Positions 12,718 to 26,702 are shown, counted from the first letter of the whole stretch. The stretch is DNA of 62,555 nucleotides, filler included, from Choristocarpus tenellus KU-1152 (GCA_964200185.2; 9 parts of 9 records of this genome joined end to end with filler, not necessarily neighbours in it); one strand, 5' to 3'. Notes: generated by a model from the sequence alone, not told the origin. A program made the numbers and translations.

Positions 12718-15700
12718 GCTATGTGGAACAGCGCCCCTTGCTCTAGTCTGTTGTATTATTGGTTTGTGAATGCTTTTGACTTCCTGGTGCATGACGTGGA
12801 AGGGTCTGGTCTTGAAGTGAAATGTGCATTTTTCCCAGTGTCACATGAAAAAAAAAAGATGTGCTGCTCTGTCGGGCTTGGAGCTGGGCAGTGCGTGCGC
12901 TTGTTACACTAGCTAGTATCTAAGCTGTTGGTATGTTTAGCTCCGCGGTACAGTATAGGCCTGCAGCCTCTCACAGTGCTATGGTACAAGTATAGTGGTA
13001 GTTAGCATTCTGAGGTGTAACTCAAGTAAGCGGCAGGAGAGTAACCTCTTTTTGATATGACCTTGATGTACCATTGGTTTGTTGGCACCTTTACTTGCAC
13101 CTTAAGAGCAATGTTATTTTGGTTAGACTGAGGCCTGTTGAACTTGTTCCTTAACTATCTTAGAGCAGGAGAGGGACTGCCATATCTCCATGCGGGTTCG
13201 AGTATGCGTTGGTTCTGATGAAACTTCCTGTGGGTATCTTGACATGCTTGTCCAACTCGATTGCAGTCCCTTCAAATTGATCCGTGTACAGGGGAATTGC
13301 CAACTGAATATCTCACCACTACACAGCATTTGTTTTGTTACGCTTTGTTGAATTTATTCTTTTACACCACTTCTTCGTGTCACAAGTTCTGCATGCAAAA
13401 CCGGTAAACTCCCTCCTCTCCATGGCACTCAGTACAGTTACTGCGAAAATGGCGTGTAACTCCACTGAGGGATGATGAGATTGATGAGTTGTTTGACCTT
13501 TCTCTACCGGTGGAATAGTCAGGGGTTGGCTCTTGGTATTCTATATGCCTGACACTATTGGCGATCATGTTCACACACCTTGAGCTTGTAGGAGTTGAGT
13601 GTATTATTGCCGTAGCAGACCAATTCGTGATCGGCTGTAGGCGACTTATTGTTTGAGAGGAAATTAACTCAGCACATCACGTTACTGGGAAAGCATTATG
13701 GGCTGCAAAAGGCTGTTACAGACAACTAGTGCCAAAGTTGGTAATGGTTGAAAGAAAATTGAAGAAGCAAAGAGAGCATTCGTTTTTGAATTTTCAACTC
13801 TGTTGTACAGATTTATTTATTTTTTGCAAAGGTGCCCCCCAAAGGGGACTAATGCAATGTTTTAAGGAGGGTATTGGCTTAGTTGGTGGTACGGTAGAAC
13901 TAAGAAAAAAAAAGTTGACAGTATAAGTGGTATTTTATTGTATTGTCGGAGGGTAAATGAACAGCATTATTATGCTGCTCCACTGTCTACCAGTTTTTTG
14001 AAAGAGAGGAAACCAGGAAATTTCTGGATTAATCAGCGGCCAACCTGTGAAAATACTTCTATTTTTTGTTGCTGGGCCTTTGTCAAGTAGATTAGGTTAA
14101 GTGCGGGTCATGATCAAGGGGAGTGGAAGCTTTTCCTGTAAATATTTGTATCCTGAATTGCAGTTGACGCTGGGATGCAAAGTGGACAAGGAGGATAGAA
14201 GTTCTGAGATGATCATTTTGACAGCTTTCACCAAATTCCATATCTAGACTTTGTCACTGATTTTGATGTTGATCTCAAACACAAGCACTCGCTTGCTACA
14301 ATGTTGTTTGTTGACATTTCCACTGACTTTTCTGTGGATGGTGTTGCCATGGGGGGGAGAGGAAGAAGCTGTCCAGGTGAAGAATACAACGAAAAAAAAA
14401 GAAGCAACAGAGTCTGTGCACCTTGCTTTCTAATACACAAGCATTGAGTTGTGTATTTGAAGGCAAGAACCTACCAATTAGACAAAAATGCGGGTGGAGC
14501 TACTCCTAAACCGGCACTGTGAAGGCGATCTGGAAACAAGGGAAGAGTTATGGGTCTTCCAAGTCTCATCTCGCCCCTGGTTTTTCTAGGCTGGAATGTA
14601 ACACATGCCTTGATATTGCCCCATGTAACAGGGGAATCTCAAAATTGAGGAAGGCGCGGGACTNNNNNNNNNNNNNNNNNNNNNNNNNNNNNNNNNNNNN
14701 NNNNNNNTTAATTAATTAANNNNNNNNNNNNNNNNNNNNNNNNNNNNNNNNNNNNNNNNNNNNGGCAGTCAATGAGGGTGGGGGGAAGGTAGGGACATCT
14801 TTGATCTGAATAAATTATGATAGGTGGTGTAAGGAGTCAAAAGGGTTTCACAAAGAGGGAGGGGGGGGGGAGGGTTCTTGCTGCCAATTCACATAGTAGA
14901 AGAGGAGTAGCTCTGTAAGGTGATACGATATGTATACCTTACGTAGGACATGCATTTGGAGAACACAAATACATGTATATATATTGTGTTGTTTGTACTA
15001 AGCATACCAGAACAGTGATATCACTGTATACTTAGGATGAAAATGCACAATTGATACATTCATTTAACAGCTGTTCTGAATGTTAGTGCCGCAAGTGAAA
15101 TTGGTTACAGGTTTTTCTATTTGCATTGTTTAGGGTGTGATAATATGTATGTAGCGAATCATCTTGCATGCAGAGGTATGCATGTATGCACCACTTCGTT
15201 TCATATAAATGTCTCACAAGCATAGAGTATTATTAATACATAATGTGTAACACAACCAGGAGGAAAGTTGTGCAGCCACATCAACATAATGCGCCGAGTC
15301 CAGTTATGGTTGTTGATCGCGGTGTGCATGTAACTGCCTCATGTCAACAAAACAAATGATTTTATGTGCACATAAAAGGGTTTAATCACATACTGTGACC
15401 CTGGAGCATTCACAGTAGTAGTACATATAGCTCAAGTACACTACAAATAATCAAGGAATAGCCTAACTGTACATACATGGATGAACCTCTGGTCCAAAGG
15501 GAAAGATGTACAGTACAGTTGATCTATCAAGTCACTTCCATGGTTACTCCATGACTGCTATCGCCAACAATAAAATTAAAAAAAACAAGAGATTCAAACC
15601 AGAAATTGGAAGACACCTCCCCGTAACACACAATGTTCATGTTCAAAAAATAAATCAAACGACTAACATGCTAAGCCAACTCCCACTACACACGAAAAAA

Positions 15701-16112
15701 AATGACCAGGTCAATAATCCACCTCAACAGCCCCCCATTCCCCAAAATATAAACATAAAACTCGTTTGCGCAAAGAGGCTTCACCTCAGTAGTAACTATT
15801 AAGATGCTTCACCTCACGATTCAGTCTCATTCCCATCAATTCTCAGACCAACCACAATTGCAAGTCAAGCCTCAAAAATAAGCAGTAAAAGTCAGTACTG
15901 ACTGCCACAAACCAGAGCAACAATACCTTTCCTTCTCCTTGACACATTAGGAGATAACCCTACCACACCCCCTTCAAGTCGATCCATTTTTGTGAAGCAG
16001 GCACTCACACCATCAGCCCTCATCTTCCCCTCCCCCTGATCAAATAGGCAAATCAAGAAACCTCCTCAACAAACACTCTTCCCCTTCCCCCTATCAACTA
16101 TCAACAGGCAGC

Positions 16113-17569
16113 TCAAACCTCCTCATCATTATCATTACCTGGCATTTCCACAATCGGTGTCATTGTCTTAGAGCTGGAATGCTGCCTTGTGCTCAATGTC
16201 TTTGAATCCGACCGCTCTCTTGTTGTATCATGAGATGCAGACACACTGGGGAAGGTAGCCCACTGATCAACTCTGCCAGAGCCAAGGGGAGGGGGAGATA
16301 CCCTCCCAACTGACTGTGTCGGGCTCGACCTACCAACCTGTACTTCATTGAGGTTTTTGTGGGAAGAAAAGAAATGAACATTCAGGGTTTCACTCACCAA
16401 GGCTTAAAAAATGCCACAGACAAAGGGTGATCAAGAGTCTCTCTAGAATTCCCATACAAGTATAAAATAGAGCATTCTTAATCAGAAACGAAAACATCAC
16501 ATATCAACAAGCATGGTTTTCCCCACACAAGGGAAACAATCATGAATGAACAAGACCATGCACAAAACAATTCAAGCACTGAAGAAATAGCAAGCACTAA
16601 CACTTTGAAAAGTTTGGACCTCGCAACTCTTGCAGTATAAATGTTAGTTCATTGCGGCTATCACTAGAAGCAGACCTCTGCGAAAAGCTCCAACCACAAT
16701 CAATCACCAGACATTCACACACACACAAAAAAAATAAAATAGTATTGCAGAAACCTCGGTGCGTGTAGACACATCACAAGGAATCAACCCAGTCAGGTCC
16801 AACAAAATTTGGGGGGATCAGCATTTACTACTCATATGCTTGAAGAGATTGACTGCACTAAGAATACAAAGGCGGGGTACCCAGCTTCGCCACAAGGCTC
16901 AAAGTATCTGGGGGGGGAGGGGGAGGGGGGTCTACACCAGGGTGTCCATTCGGGCCCTGACCAGGAGAGGCGAACTTACATTATCCATCCGACACATGCA
17001 ACCATGTAACCCAAAAATGGAAAAATGGAAAAATTGGGCCTCGGATGGACAGGCACCACCCCCCCCGATACTTTGAGCCAAAAGAACTTAATTTCTCAGC
17101 GCAACTGTTGGCTGGGTTGATAGGTTTTAAGAGCTCTGCTTTGCTTCATAAATAATAGTAATACTTCACAAATGGCAACATATCCCAGAACACTTTTCTT
17201 ATTATCTTTGGGGTCGGAGGGGTGGGGGAGAGGAAGAAGCACAATATCAGCCTAGACAATTCTTGAAATGAAAGAGTGAAAACCCTGCTAAGTCCTTGGC
17301 AGGAACATAATCTTTCAGAGCTATCAAGAGGATCACATGACAAACAGGAGAGAATCACTGGAGTAAACCAATCTCATTCCACATTCGTCCTTTTAGCTCA
17401 CCTGTCCCAGTGATGGCCCAGGAAGGCTCGATGTTAAGCTCACCACCTCTGGATCAAGCAAAGCCTGTGCTAGATTGCCTTGCGATTGCCTCAGCTTCCC
17501 TTCCAACAATCCCATCATTGACTTGTAGCTGACAGCACAAATCAAACAGAGACAGTTACATGTCAGGGG

Positions 17570-17617
<48 letters not shown>

Positions 17618-19153
17618 CCCAGAGCAGATCAGATTAGATCAGGGATTGTTGACATGGTGGGGCATTGAACAATAATTCCTTAGGTAGATAAGGTAGTTGA
17701 AGAGTAAGCTCTCACAGATTATGGTCAACCATGAAAACAATCCCATATAAAAAATAAATAGCACATGCAAACACTATGTTCAAGCCAATTCTCATGTAGA
17801 AAGCCATCGAGCACTGTTGTACCGAATAACACCGCATAGGTGCATGGCACATGGGAACATTCAAAACCAAGGCGCTTCAAAGTTTTATGTTAAGGAATAG
17901 TGTGGGGTTTTAACAGACTCAGCACAGACCTGAGGTTCAAAGATCTGGACCGGACTGTAAGTAACCCAACAACAAAAAACCTGAATAGGACCAATGTTGG
18001 GGAAAAAAAAAGAATCAACTGTAGAAAATTCCTCTCTTTCCTTGGTATTGCATAATGCAATGAAGAACCACAGTCCTCTGTCGTATCGTAAGCTCTGAAA
18101 GTATCATCAACAAAGAATAATAACATATAATAGGTGACTAAAGGACAAGTACTTGAAGAAATATAAGATCAATATGTGAAACACAAACACACGTTTAAAT
18201 ATCGAAAGTATCAGATCCATTGAGGTGACACACTACGAGGGGGGAGGGGGGGTCCAGTCCCATCACTTCACCCATCCCTAATTAGTCTTGACACCACTAC
18301 TAGTGCTTCAGCAACCAGGGTTTCTTGACTAGTATTACCACCTCAGAATAATAATAAAAAATCTCACCAAAAAACGCCAACCTTCAACACCAACACTAAT
18401 CCAATCCAAACAACACAACGAGATCCACAATCCATAGCTTCTCCCACCCTTCCCCATCATTGAATACCTACCTCTCCAGCTCCCCCTCTAGGCGCTCAAC
18501 CGTTTCATGCAGGTCCTCGCTCTCCTTCCCCTTCTGCAGCTGGTCCTGCTGTTCTCCCCAGTAAGCTGTAGACATTGACCGAGTATTGCTTGTAACCAGT
18601 AACTATGCAACAGGATAACATAAAAATAAATAAATATATATACATTAATTAGTACATCGATGTACTTCAAAGGGAGGGGGTCAGTAGGAAATACAATTTG
18701 AGCAACTTGAATATAAATACATTTGGTCATTCAAGCACACAACACAGAACAAAATACAGGCTAGGAGAGGAACAGCAGGGGGGACGGGGGACAGGAGACG
18801 GTTGATGACTTAGGAAACAATGAGAAAATGCTGTCCCCTTCCTTCAGCACACATCATACACGAAAACATTGCACACATTCAATCCCAGCCAACACAGCAC
18901 AGACCTAACAACAAATTCATCAACGACAATAAACAAAAATCAACACAAAAAACCCAACAGCATCAGAACCATAACCCTACCCAACAACTCAATCCGCCAA
19001 CCAACCCCAACACTAACCCTTACCGGAGCAGGCGAACGCGCCTCTTCTTCCTCCCCCTCATCCTTATCCTCCTCCTTATTCAATTCCCCTATTCCATCAA
19101 CCCTTGGCTCCTCTTCTATTGGAATATCTGAAATGTCGCTGCCACTGCGCACA
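16113..19153 (-). CDS. 3' part of an unknown acidic/coiled-coil protein; exons 19024-19153, 18472-18602, 17402-17528, 16113-16337
   Basis: Four exons with canonical splice sites and phase-compatible junctions form an open frame to a TGA: ...EEEPRVDGIGELNKEEDKDEGEEEE...EDLHETVERLEGELESYKSMMGLLEGKLRQSQGNLAQALL...NDNDEEV*. No family recognised. Confidence 0.72.
16896..17079. mobile_element. MITE family A, full length, intronic
   Basis: TIRs GGCTCAAAGTATC...GATACTTTGAGCC followed inward by G/C tracts. The internal sequence is shared with 40876-41062. TSD is imperfect (CAA/AAA). Confidence 0.9.
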
Positions 19154-19785
19154 CTGTAACAAAAAAAAATACATGTAGGGGGTAAGGCATTTGTGTGTGT
19201 GGGGTGGGGGGGGTTGCTAAAAACCCGACACAAGGTTGTAACACAGGGCTGACAATGACTACTGACAGTTTCAAACACACCATGTACACGCCCTCTCAAA
19301 GTATGCCAAGAACACAGAGCCTAAGGTCATCCAACACGATGAAATTCGTTTCTCTGGGAGGATTCCACATGCCAGGCAACATGTTCCGGTGAGGTAAGAG
19401 GTTGGCTCAACAGTACACAGCACTTGGTTTCTTGGACACTCGTACCTTCTCTCGACAAACCAACAAAAGGACTGCAGATGCACAAAAGCGTTTTCGTCTA
19501 CTTCCTTCTTCTCACCATTGCATCAATTACACAGAAAAAATTATTCTATCCCTCACAAGCCTAGAATTACACAATTACAGCACCTTAGGACATGCTGTTA
19601 CTGACACAAACATTATACAGTTTTAAACACAGCAGAACCAGGACTACTGCTCACTCTGTCAAGAACACATGTCCATCCATCCATCCATCCATCCATCCAT
19701 CCATCCATCCGAGACCTCACAGTTATCCCAAATTTTGCTTGCAATCTTAACAGAGTGCTAAAGGCAAGGTCATGTGTGTGTGTGT

Positions 19786-19829
<44 letters not shown>

Positions 19830-20744
19830 CCACAACAATCACTCTTCACAGTAAATAGGCTCACTTCATTACTTAAAGTACAATGTACTGTATACCACAA
19901 AATACTGTTGCTGCTGCTGCGATGCAACTGGTATACACCAACCAACGGTACAACTATTATTCCATTCAAGGACAAGAAGGACGACAGGATCTCATCGCTC
20001 AACCACCTAGAACCTAGACATGCATGTAGAATAAAACAGTACTACTTCAGGATTGATTTGTGCTCAATCTACAGCACCCTGCTCCTCATTAAAACATCAC
20101 ACACTTCCACAATCACAACAAAGTCCCACGCCGATGTACCCTACACAACGCCTTCAGTCATACTAGACACACCTTACCACAATCCATACGGTACCAAACC
20201 AAGTACTCCACTACACAACAGTACAACACAAGTGTAGAACATGGAGGACAACGCATGGAAGAGCAGGTCTATGTACAAACGCAAGCCCAATGCACAGCTA
20301 AAAATAAAAATAAAATCGCCAAAAAGATCCAACATGGTCCTCTCTGTCACAATAACTAGTGCCACGCTTACGTTGTGTGTGTTGATACAGGCATATGACA
20401 CAGTATGACAGTTTCATGTACATTCATCTGCAGTTCTGTACAACACAGAATAGTAACATACATAGCGGTATGATGAATCAGTCTTTGCCATACGTCAGGG
20501 AATGGACGGCAAAGACAAACCCCACTGGATGATAATCAACAAACCAGTGTATGTTCACGGTGTAACTCACCATCAGCTCATGGAAACAATCCTTTCCTGC
20601 AAAAAGCTATTCAACACTCTCCCCATCTTCCCCTCTAAATAACAAAACTCATGTATCCAAACCCCCCCACCCCCCCTCCCACCCACGCCCAAGGCCACCT
20701 TGACACAATGCCCTCCCTGCACCACACACATACCAGTCACATAC

Positions 20745-20920
20745 CAGTGAGAGCCCTTGCCAGGGATGTGGAGGCCCTCATAACAAGGCTGGCCCTGACA
20801 TCCAGCATTGCCCCATAAGATTGCTTCTCCCCCCCTGGCTTGCGAAGGTAGCTACCGTCCGGGCAAACCTCTGCCACACCCATGAGCAAATTGGTTCGGG
20901 GGATACGAACTTGATGAAAT
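20745..20920 (-). CDS. ACOX: Single exon of a peroxisomal acyl-CoA oxidase (downstream ACOX exons not found in this contig)
   Basis: FHQVRIPRTNLLMGVAEVCPDGSYLRKPGGEKQSYGAMLDVRASLVMRASTSLARALT matches the ACOX segment F..VRIPR.N+L....V..DG.Y....K..YG.M..VR......LA+A.T. TAG acceptor and GTATGT donor. Confidence 0.85.
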
Positions 20921-21645
20921 CTAATCGTTGACGGGGGGTGGGGGTGGGGNNNNNNNNNNNNNNNNNNNNNNNNNNNNNNNNNNNNNNNNNNNNTTAATTA
21001 ATTAANNNNNNNNNNNNNNNNNNNNNNNNNNNNNNNNNNNNNNNNNNNNTGCGATCGCTGCGAGGTGTTGTGGAGTGGGGGCGGGGTGGTTGGTAATTTT
21101 TCCGGTAGGTTACTGGTTTGATTGTCAATGCTGTATGTATGTACTGAGTACAATTTGAGAGAAATCCATGATTGTTCCAAACTAGTCTCTGCAGTGAGTT
21201 GTACCTATTTATGTTTGAGACAGGTGTCAAGTGTGTCATGTTTTCTTATAGGTGTTCCAACTATGCTCTGATTGAAGATTGCTTGAAACTGATCATTTAC
21301 ACTTATCTCCTGGAGGGGGGAGGGGGGTAGCCGCGTTGGGTAGATGGTTTGTCTTGCACAGGTAGCTGCTGCATGTTAGTGTACGTGTATTGGTGATGGT
21401 CCTTGTTGCTGTGGAGTTGAGAAGTGTCTTTGAAATTTCGATGGCGGGTGGGTATAGGTAATGTGTTGGATTGTGGTGTGTGTGAATGAAGGAGTCCAAG
21501 TAAGAGTCACAAGAAAATTTTGATGCAAATGATGAGCCTCTTTTTTTTTTAATTTCCTTTTTGGTATCGTAATGGTATCGTAACCCGCTCCCCTTTGTCT
21601 GACCTAACCCTAAACCTCTGAACTAATCCGTGGGCTCAATCTCAG

Positions 21646-22926
21646 CTGTTTGTTCCTGCGGGGAAATCTGGGGAGATGCTTATGCCGTCGGAGAAGTATC
21701 CCAACTGTGCACACTGCCCCATGAAACTCAGCACAGATCCTGAAGGAAAGGAGTATCCTCAATGTCGCCGGTGCCATTCTGTCCGAATGACACTGTATGA
21801 TGTAAGTTGGTTTTGTTACTGTACAAGGCATGAATATTTTGTATGTAGGAGTATATTATTTTTTGTTGGAGAGCTTTTTACGTAAGGCTTTGGCGCTCCG
21901 TAGCTCTGTTGCATAGTCGCTTGTTGTGCTACAGGGGTCATTATGGCACTTTTTAGCAGAAGGGGAAAACAAAAAAAAAGTCCTTGGTTGTGAGGCTGGG
22001 TCAGGGGGGGTAGAGGATGTGTTTTTAAATGGTTATGTTCGTACCAATGGGATGGTGTTTGTGTCAAAAGAGCAAATAGAATCGATTCATTTTCTTTACA
22101 ACCTTCCCTGCCCTCAATCTAGACACAATTCTTTTGTCACCGCTTTAATGTTGTATAATATGGTTGGGGTAATGACGGATAGTTGTGGGTGAATCAGGTA
22201 GGTAAGGTTCTTCTAGTTGATGGCTAGGCGTTGGGGGCGAGGTTAGGAGAAGAATGCTTGTCCAGGTACGTGGGTTTGTAGAAATATGCTTGTGAGTGGA
22301 AGGAAGATGAGACTTAAGTGGGTGGTATTCAACATAAGAAAACTGAGTTTGATCTTGACTCCTCTGATTATGGAATCGACGTGCTCTTACCAGACTGTAC
22401 TTGTTCTCTATCTTTCATTTGTAAATTGATTTTTAAATCTCTTCTATGTGTATTGAAGTGGAGGTGTGTGTGTGTGTTTGTGTGTGTGTGAAGGGGGTAC
22501 AGGCAAGGTGATTGTTGTGTACAGTGCTGGAGCTATTCTTTTTTAATTCAAGGGTTAGGGTTACACAGCAAAGTTCACACCTGTTTGAAAGCATGTCGAT
22601 GTAATGTGATCGTGGGTGTAGTTTGACTTGTTACTGGGTACTAGCGTGGCATTGTTCCTTTCTTTTATGGCGGTTGATTGTATCGCCTATCCAATCACTC
22701 ACTCCCATTTTTTCAAACCTCCCTGTTGCTGATTGTGTACGCACTCTTTGTTTTTTATTTTATTTTTGTGTAACTGTTCTTACAGGTCCCGTCAGAAAAG
22801 CTTCTTGTACCGGATGTATCCATGGGAGACTTTGAGAAGGCCCTGCAAAAATCTGGCAGCTCTGTTTCTCCAGACGAGCTCACCCGCTTCACTGATTGGA
22901 CGAAGGAGTTTGGCCAAGAGGGCTGA
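21646..22926 (+). CDS. VPS4: VPS4/SKD1 AAA ATPase (ESCRT-III disassembly), last two exons 21646-21801 and 22786-22926
   Basis: The C-terminus MTLYD|VPSEKLLVPDVSMGDFEKALQKSGSSVSPDELTRFTDWTKEFGQEG* is the Vps4_C signature ending FGQEG. Phase-0 GTAAGT/CAG junction. Confidence 0.93.
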
Positions 22927-24776
22927 GTGAGCCTGAAATAGGCCTTTATGGATTATTATTGGTTTGGGGGGTGGGATGAAAAAGAGGAAGAGTTTGATTG
23001 TCTGTGCGTCAGAACGAAGAAGGGGACTGGCTGAGGCAAGTGAGGAGCGAGATGGCAAGGGGTGCAGGGAGGCACAAGCAGGGGTGGGGGTGGGGATGGG
23101 AAGCAAGTAGTGGGCGACATTGCTGCCTGCTGTCTTGGCATGATTATTGTTTTGGCGGTTTTATTATGACCAAGCTTGTTGGAGGTGAATGGAGATTCGT
23201 AACCGTGTTCTAGTGGATGTGTAGTGAGTGGAGCAGGGAGATTGTTGGTTGTTTGGTTGGTTGCAAAATAGAAAGGGGAGTCAGGGGATGATATCGCATT
23301 TGTTCTCATGTGAAGTGTATGGGAGGAGGTTTTGGTCAAAATACGACTGGTTTTGCAGAGGGCAAGGCTGGGTTCTGGGAAAGCTGAGGGGACTATGCCA
23401 AGCATGTGACTTTTCCTCTTGGACATATTGCTTTATGTACTGGATTGATACACGGCAGTCTTATTTTACTATTGTACAAGGTTGAGTTGTGTAAATGAAA
23501 TCAACTAGTTTTGTTGCTTTGCTGCTATTAGAGCATCACTTCCTCTCGCCGTCTTTTGTCCACCACCTTGCCTTGAATGTGCATCTTTTTGGGTTCTCAC
23601 TCTAAGAAGTTTCCAATCTAGAATGTTTTTTTGGCACTGATGATGCGTACAGATAGCATTTCAGTGACAACATAGAGCATGTGCCGACATGGTCCCCTTG
23701 TGTCGTGGGATTGCTTAGGTCAGACAGGGTATATATGCTTGTTCCTTTGTTGGCATTTGCACTATCAATACATTGTGTGTACTCCTTGAGGTATTTTTGA
23801 AGTTCAACATACATCCTACGTTTGTATGGCGTGATGAAGATATAGACAGGAGAGTGTTAACAATTTTTCTTGATCAAAAATGCAGGCCAAGGTTGAACAA
23901 AAGACGGCTCGGATTCAATTCTCGTGTGCTGTTGTGGTTCAGAAAATGGTCACGTGTTTCTTTTTCTTGATGCCTTTTCTGTTTGTGAATTAATTGCCTT
24001 GTTTCTACACGTTCCATCCGTGTTACTCTGGAGTAGTCTCAATGTTTGCCCTAGTTGGGTTTTTCTTTCTACTTTAGGATCGTTTTGTTAGCATGTACAG
24101 TACTGTTCACTTGTTACCATCCACAGCAGGAAGTATAGTTGGTGGTTAGTACCCTTGTTTGCACCACTTGGGAATCATCATGCATATACTGTCACTGGCT
24201 CTTTTTTATGCCTGCGTGATGATTCAATATTTTTGAGTTGGGCAGGCAAGCCCTTGATATGTTTTGTGAGCAATCCTCTACATACAAAGTCTGGACTTTG
24301 ACCTCGTTACGCTCTGGACATGGTTTCCATTTTAATATTTCAGTGAAAATATTGCCCTCCCCTCCCCCCCCCAGCAACAATCCAATGATGCAAGGAGTGA
24401 TCACATGTCCTCTTTTCCTACATTGTTACTATGCTAATGGGAGGAAAGAACAATACACCTGAAACAATCTCCCCTGCTCCCCCTGCCCCCAAATTCCATA
24501 ATTCCACCCAAGCAAGCCACTCCTCGCACCTACACAAACATCATGTTGATTTTCCTCTGCTAGAACTGCACGTAGTAACTAATAAAATCTTGCCCTTTTG
24601 AGCTTATGCTACTCCAGGGCAATTCATTGCAGGTACTGTAATATAGGCACAAAACTCCCACCCACTTCTGGCTTGCGACCAATCCTTCCTTCACAGCACT
24701 CACAATGAGTCAAAACAGTGTCACGGGGTATTCAAGAGTTTGTTCCTTTGGTGGCCAAGGGAATATTCCTATTGTA

Positions 24777-25449
24777 TCAGCGCCTCTCAAAGCGCACCAA
24801 TCTGAGGCAAAACAGTGCAATGACACGAAAGATGAAAAAATTGACTACTAGGATGGGGATCACAGCAGCCCGACTCAGACCTCCTCCGAACCCATAGGCC
24901 TCGAGAAATGCATTGTAGATCATGTCTGGCGTGACGGGAACACCTTCAGGCACTGGGAAGGCGTCACCATTGCCTTGAAATTCATTCACAACCAGGCCCT
25001 GAGGAGCATTTGTTTCTATTAGAATGAGTGGGTTTGTTAAATGCTCATGACAATTAAATGTTAGTACTAATAAACAGGAGAGCTGTTCAAGGTAGGGGCA
25101 CATAGGGGGCAGCAGAGTAAATCCCCAAGTCTGCTGCGGGTAAGGTAGGTGAGCTGGGGCTGCCCACAACTACTACTACATTAAGTGTACCATTCAAAGA
25201 CAGTAAACATCTTGCGGGCAAAATCGAAATCTAACACAAGGAAGAAGGAAGAGTGAAGTCACTCCTTCGGGATGGTAACCTATCAAAAAGGCAGTACACC
25301 ATACCTGTAGGGCCCAACGGACAAAGCTGAGAAGGGGCGCCCATGTCTGGAGGTACTTGGGCAGCGTGGGTATACGCACCACAAAGCCACCAAAAGCAAT
25401 GAATGAAAAGAGGGCCACTGGGAACAAAGCTACCGCTGTCTCTTCCAAC
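24777..25449 (-). CDS. ABCG (ABC-2 type) transporter, last two exons of the transmembrane domain (25305-25449, 24777-24998)
   Basis: LFSFIAFGGFVVRIPTLPKYLQTWAPLLSFVRWALQ|GLVVNEF...FFIFRVIALFCLRLVRFERR* carries the ABCG motifs F.GF....+P....W...+S...+.L..NEF. The gene converges tail-to-tail with VPS4. Confidence 0.9.
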
Positions 25450-26664
25450 CTTGTAAATGAGGTTAACATCTTCCCTCAATTCGATTAATTCATTGGTGAT
25501 GTGATAACGTTTTTCCCAAACCAAACAAGGGACACAACAAAGCAGAGGAGAACAGGTCAGACAAAGGGGGTGACAACTGAGGTGTAGTTTCAGATGATAG
25601 ATTATGTGTGACTACGGGGTTGAGATGAGTTGTTTGCTGAGCTGTGGATACATACTTCAGAGAGTATTATATATTTATACATTATTAGATTATGGTCAGA
25701 ATACACACTAGAAGGCAAGGTTGAGGTGGTGAACACAAAGGTGACAAATGAGGGATGTGAGTTGTGCTTGCACATAACACGACACATTGTATCAGAAAAG
25801 GGGGAACTCAGAGATGATCCGACTTGGGAAGGCAGTGGATGCATTGCATGGATGGATGGATGTCTTTGTGTGGGGTAACATCCCAACCAGGATGGGCAAT
25901 GCAAAGACGATATCCAAGTTCATGCCCTTACATACCAGGTCATCATCAGTGCCTAAATATGACTATTAATGATACCTTGGAGAGCTTGTCTCATAACCAA
26001 TTCCACAACATCAGTGCTATCGCTATCGCTATTGCCATCAACTGTATCAATCCTAAGGACGGAAGACGATCACCACATCACTAGGACTGTTGCTGCTGCA
26101 AGGCCTCACGGTTTGAACCCTTCTCCATTCCTTGCCAGGAAGCAAAGAAACCAGTTGAGAACAGACTTGTGCTTTCAAGTAGGGACCCAGTTCCACGACC
26201 CTCTTCAAGTATTCTGTACAACATTCTTACTTCCAAACAAAAACATTTTTCAGGCATGTATCTCAAGTCATGTCTGAATCGGTACCAAGAACATTTGACA
26301 CAGTGTCACCGGTTTTACAGATTCGAGAAATGAAGCAAAATAATATATATATATATATACACGCACATAGCAGAAAAAAAAAGTTTGACAATCAAATGCT
26401 CAGACCCACGAGGTCATGGAGAAACACGGACACCAACCTGCTGTACAGAGGGGTGGAACAAATCACACACGGGGAGGGGTGGATTTGTGGTTCTGGCAGA
26501 ACATGACTTGTGACAAACTGCTTGATTTGAGGGGGCCGATGAGCTCAAAACCATTGCTTACTACCTTGATACTGAGAAACTGTCCTAGCCATTGAGTTTA
26601 CACAATATTCTCATCCACACACTCCAGTCAACTATATTTGTTTTCTCCTGCATTCACTCTAACT

Positions 26665-26702
<38 letters not shown>

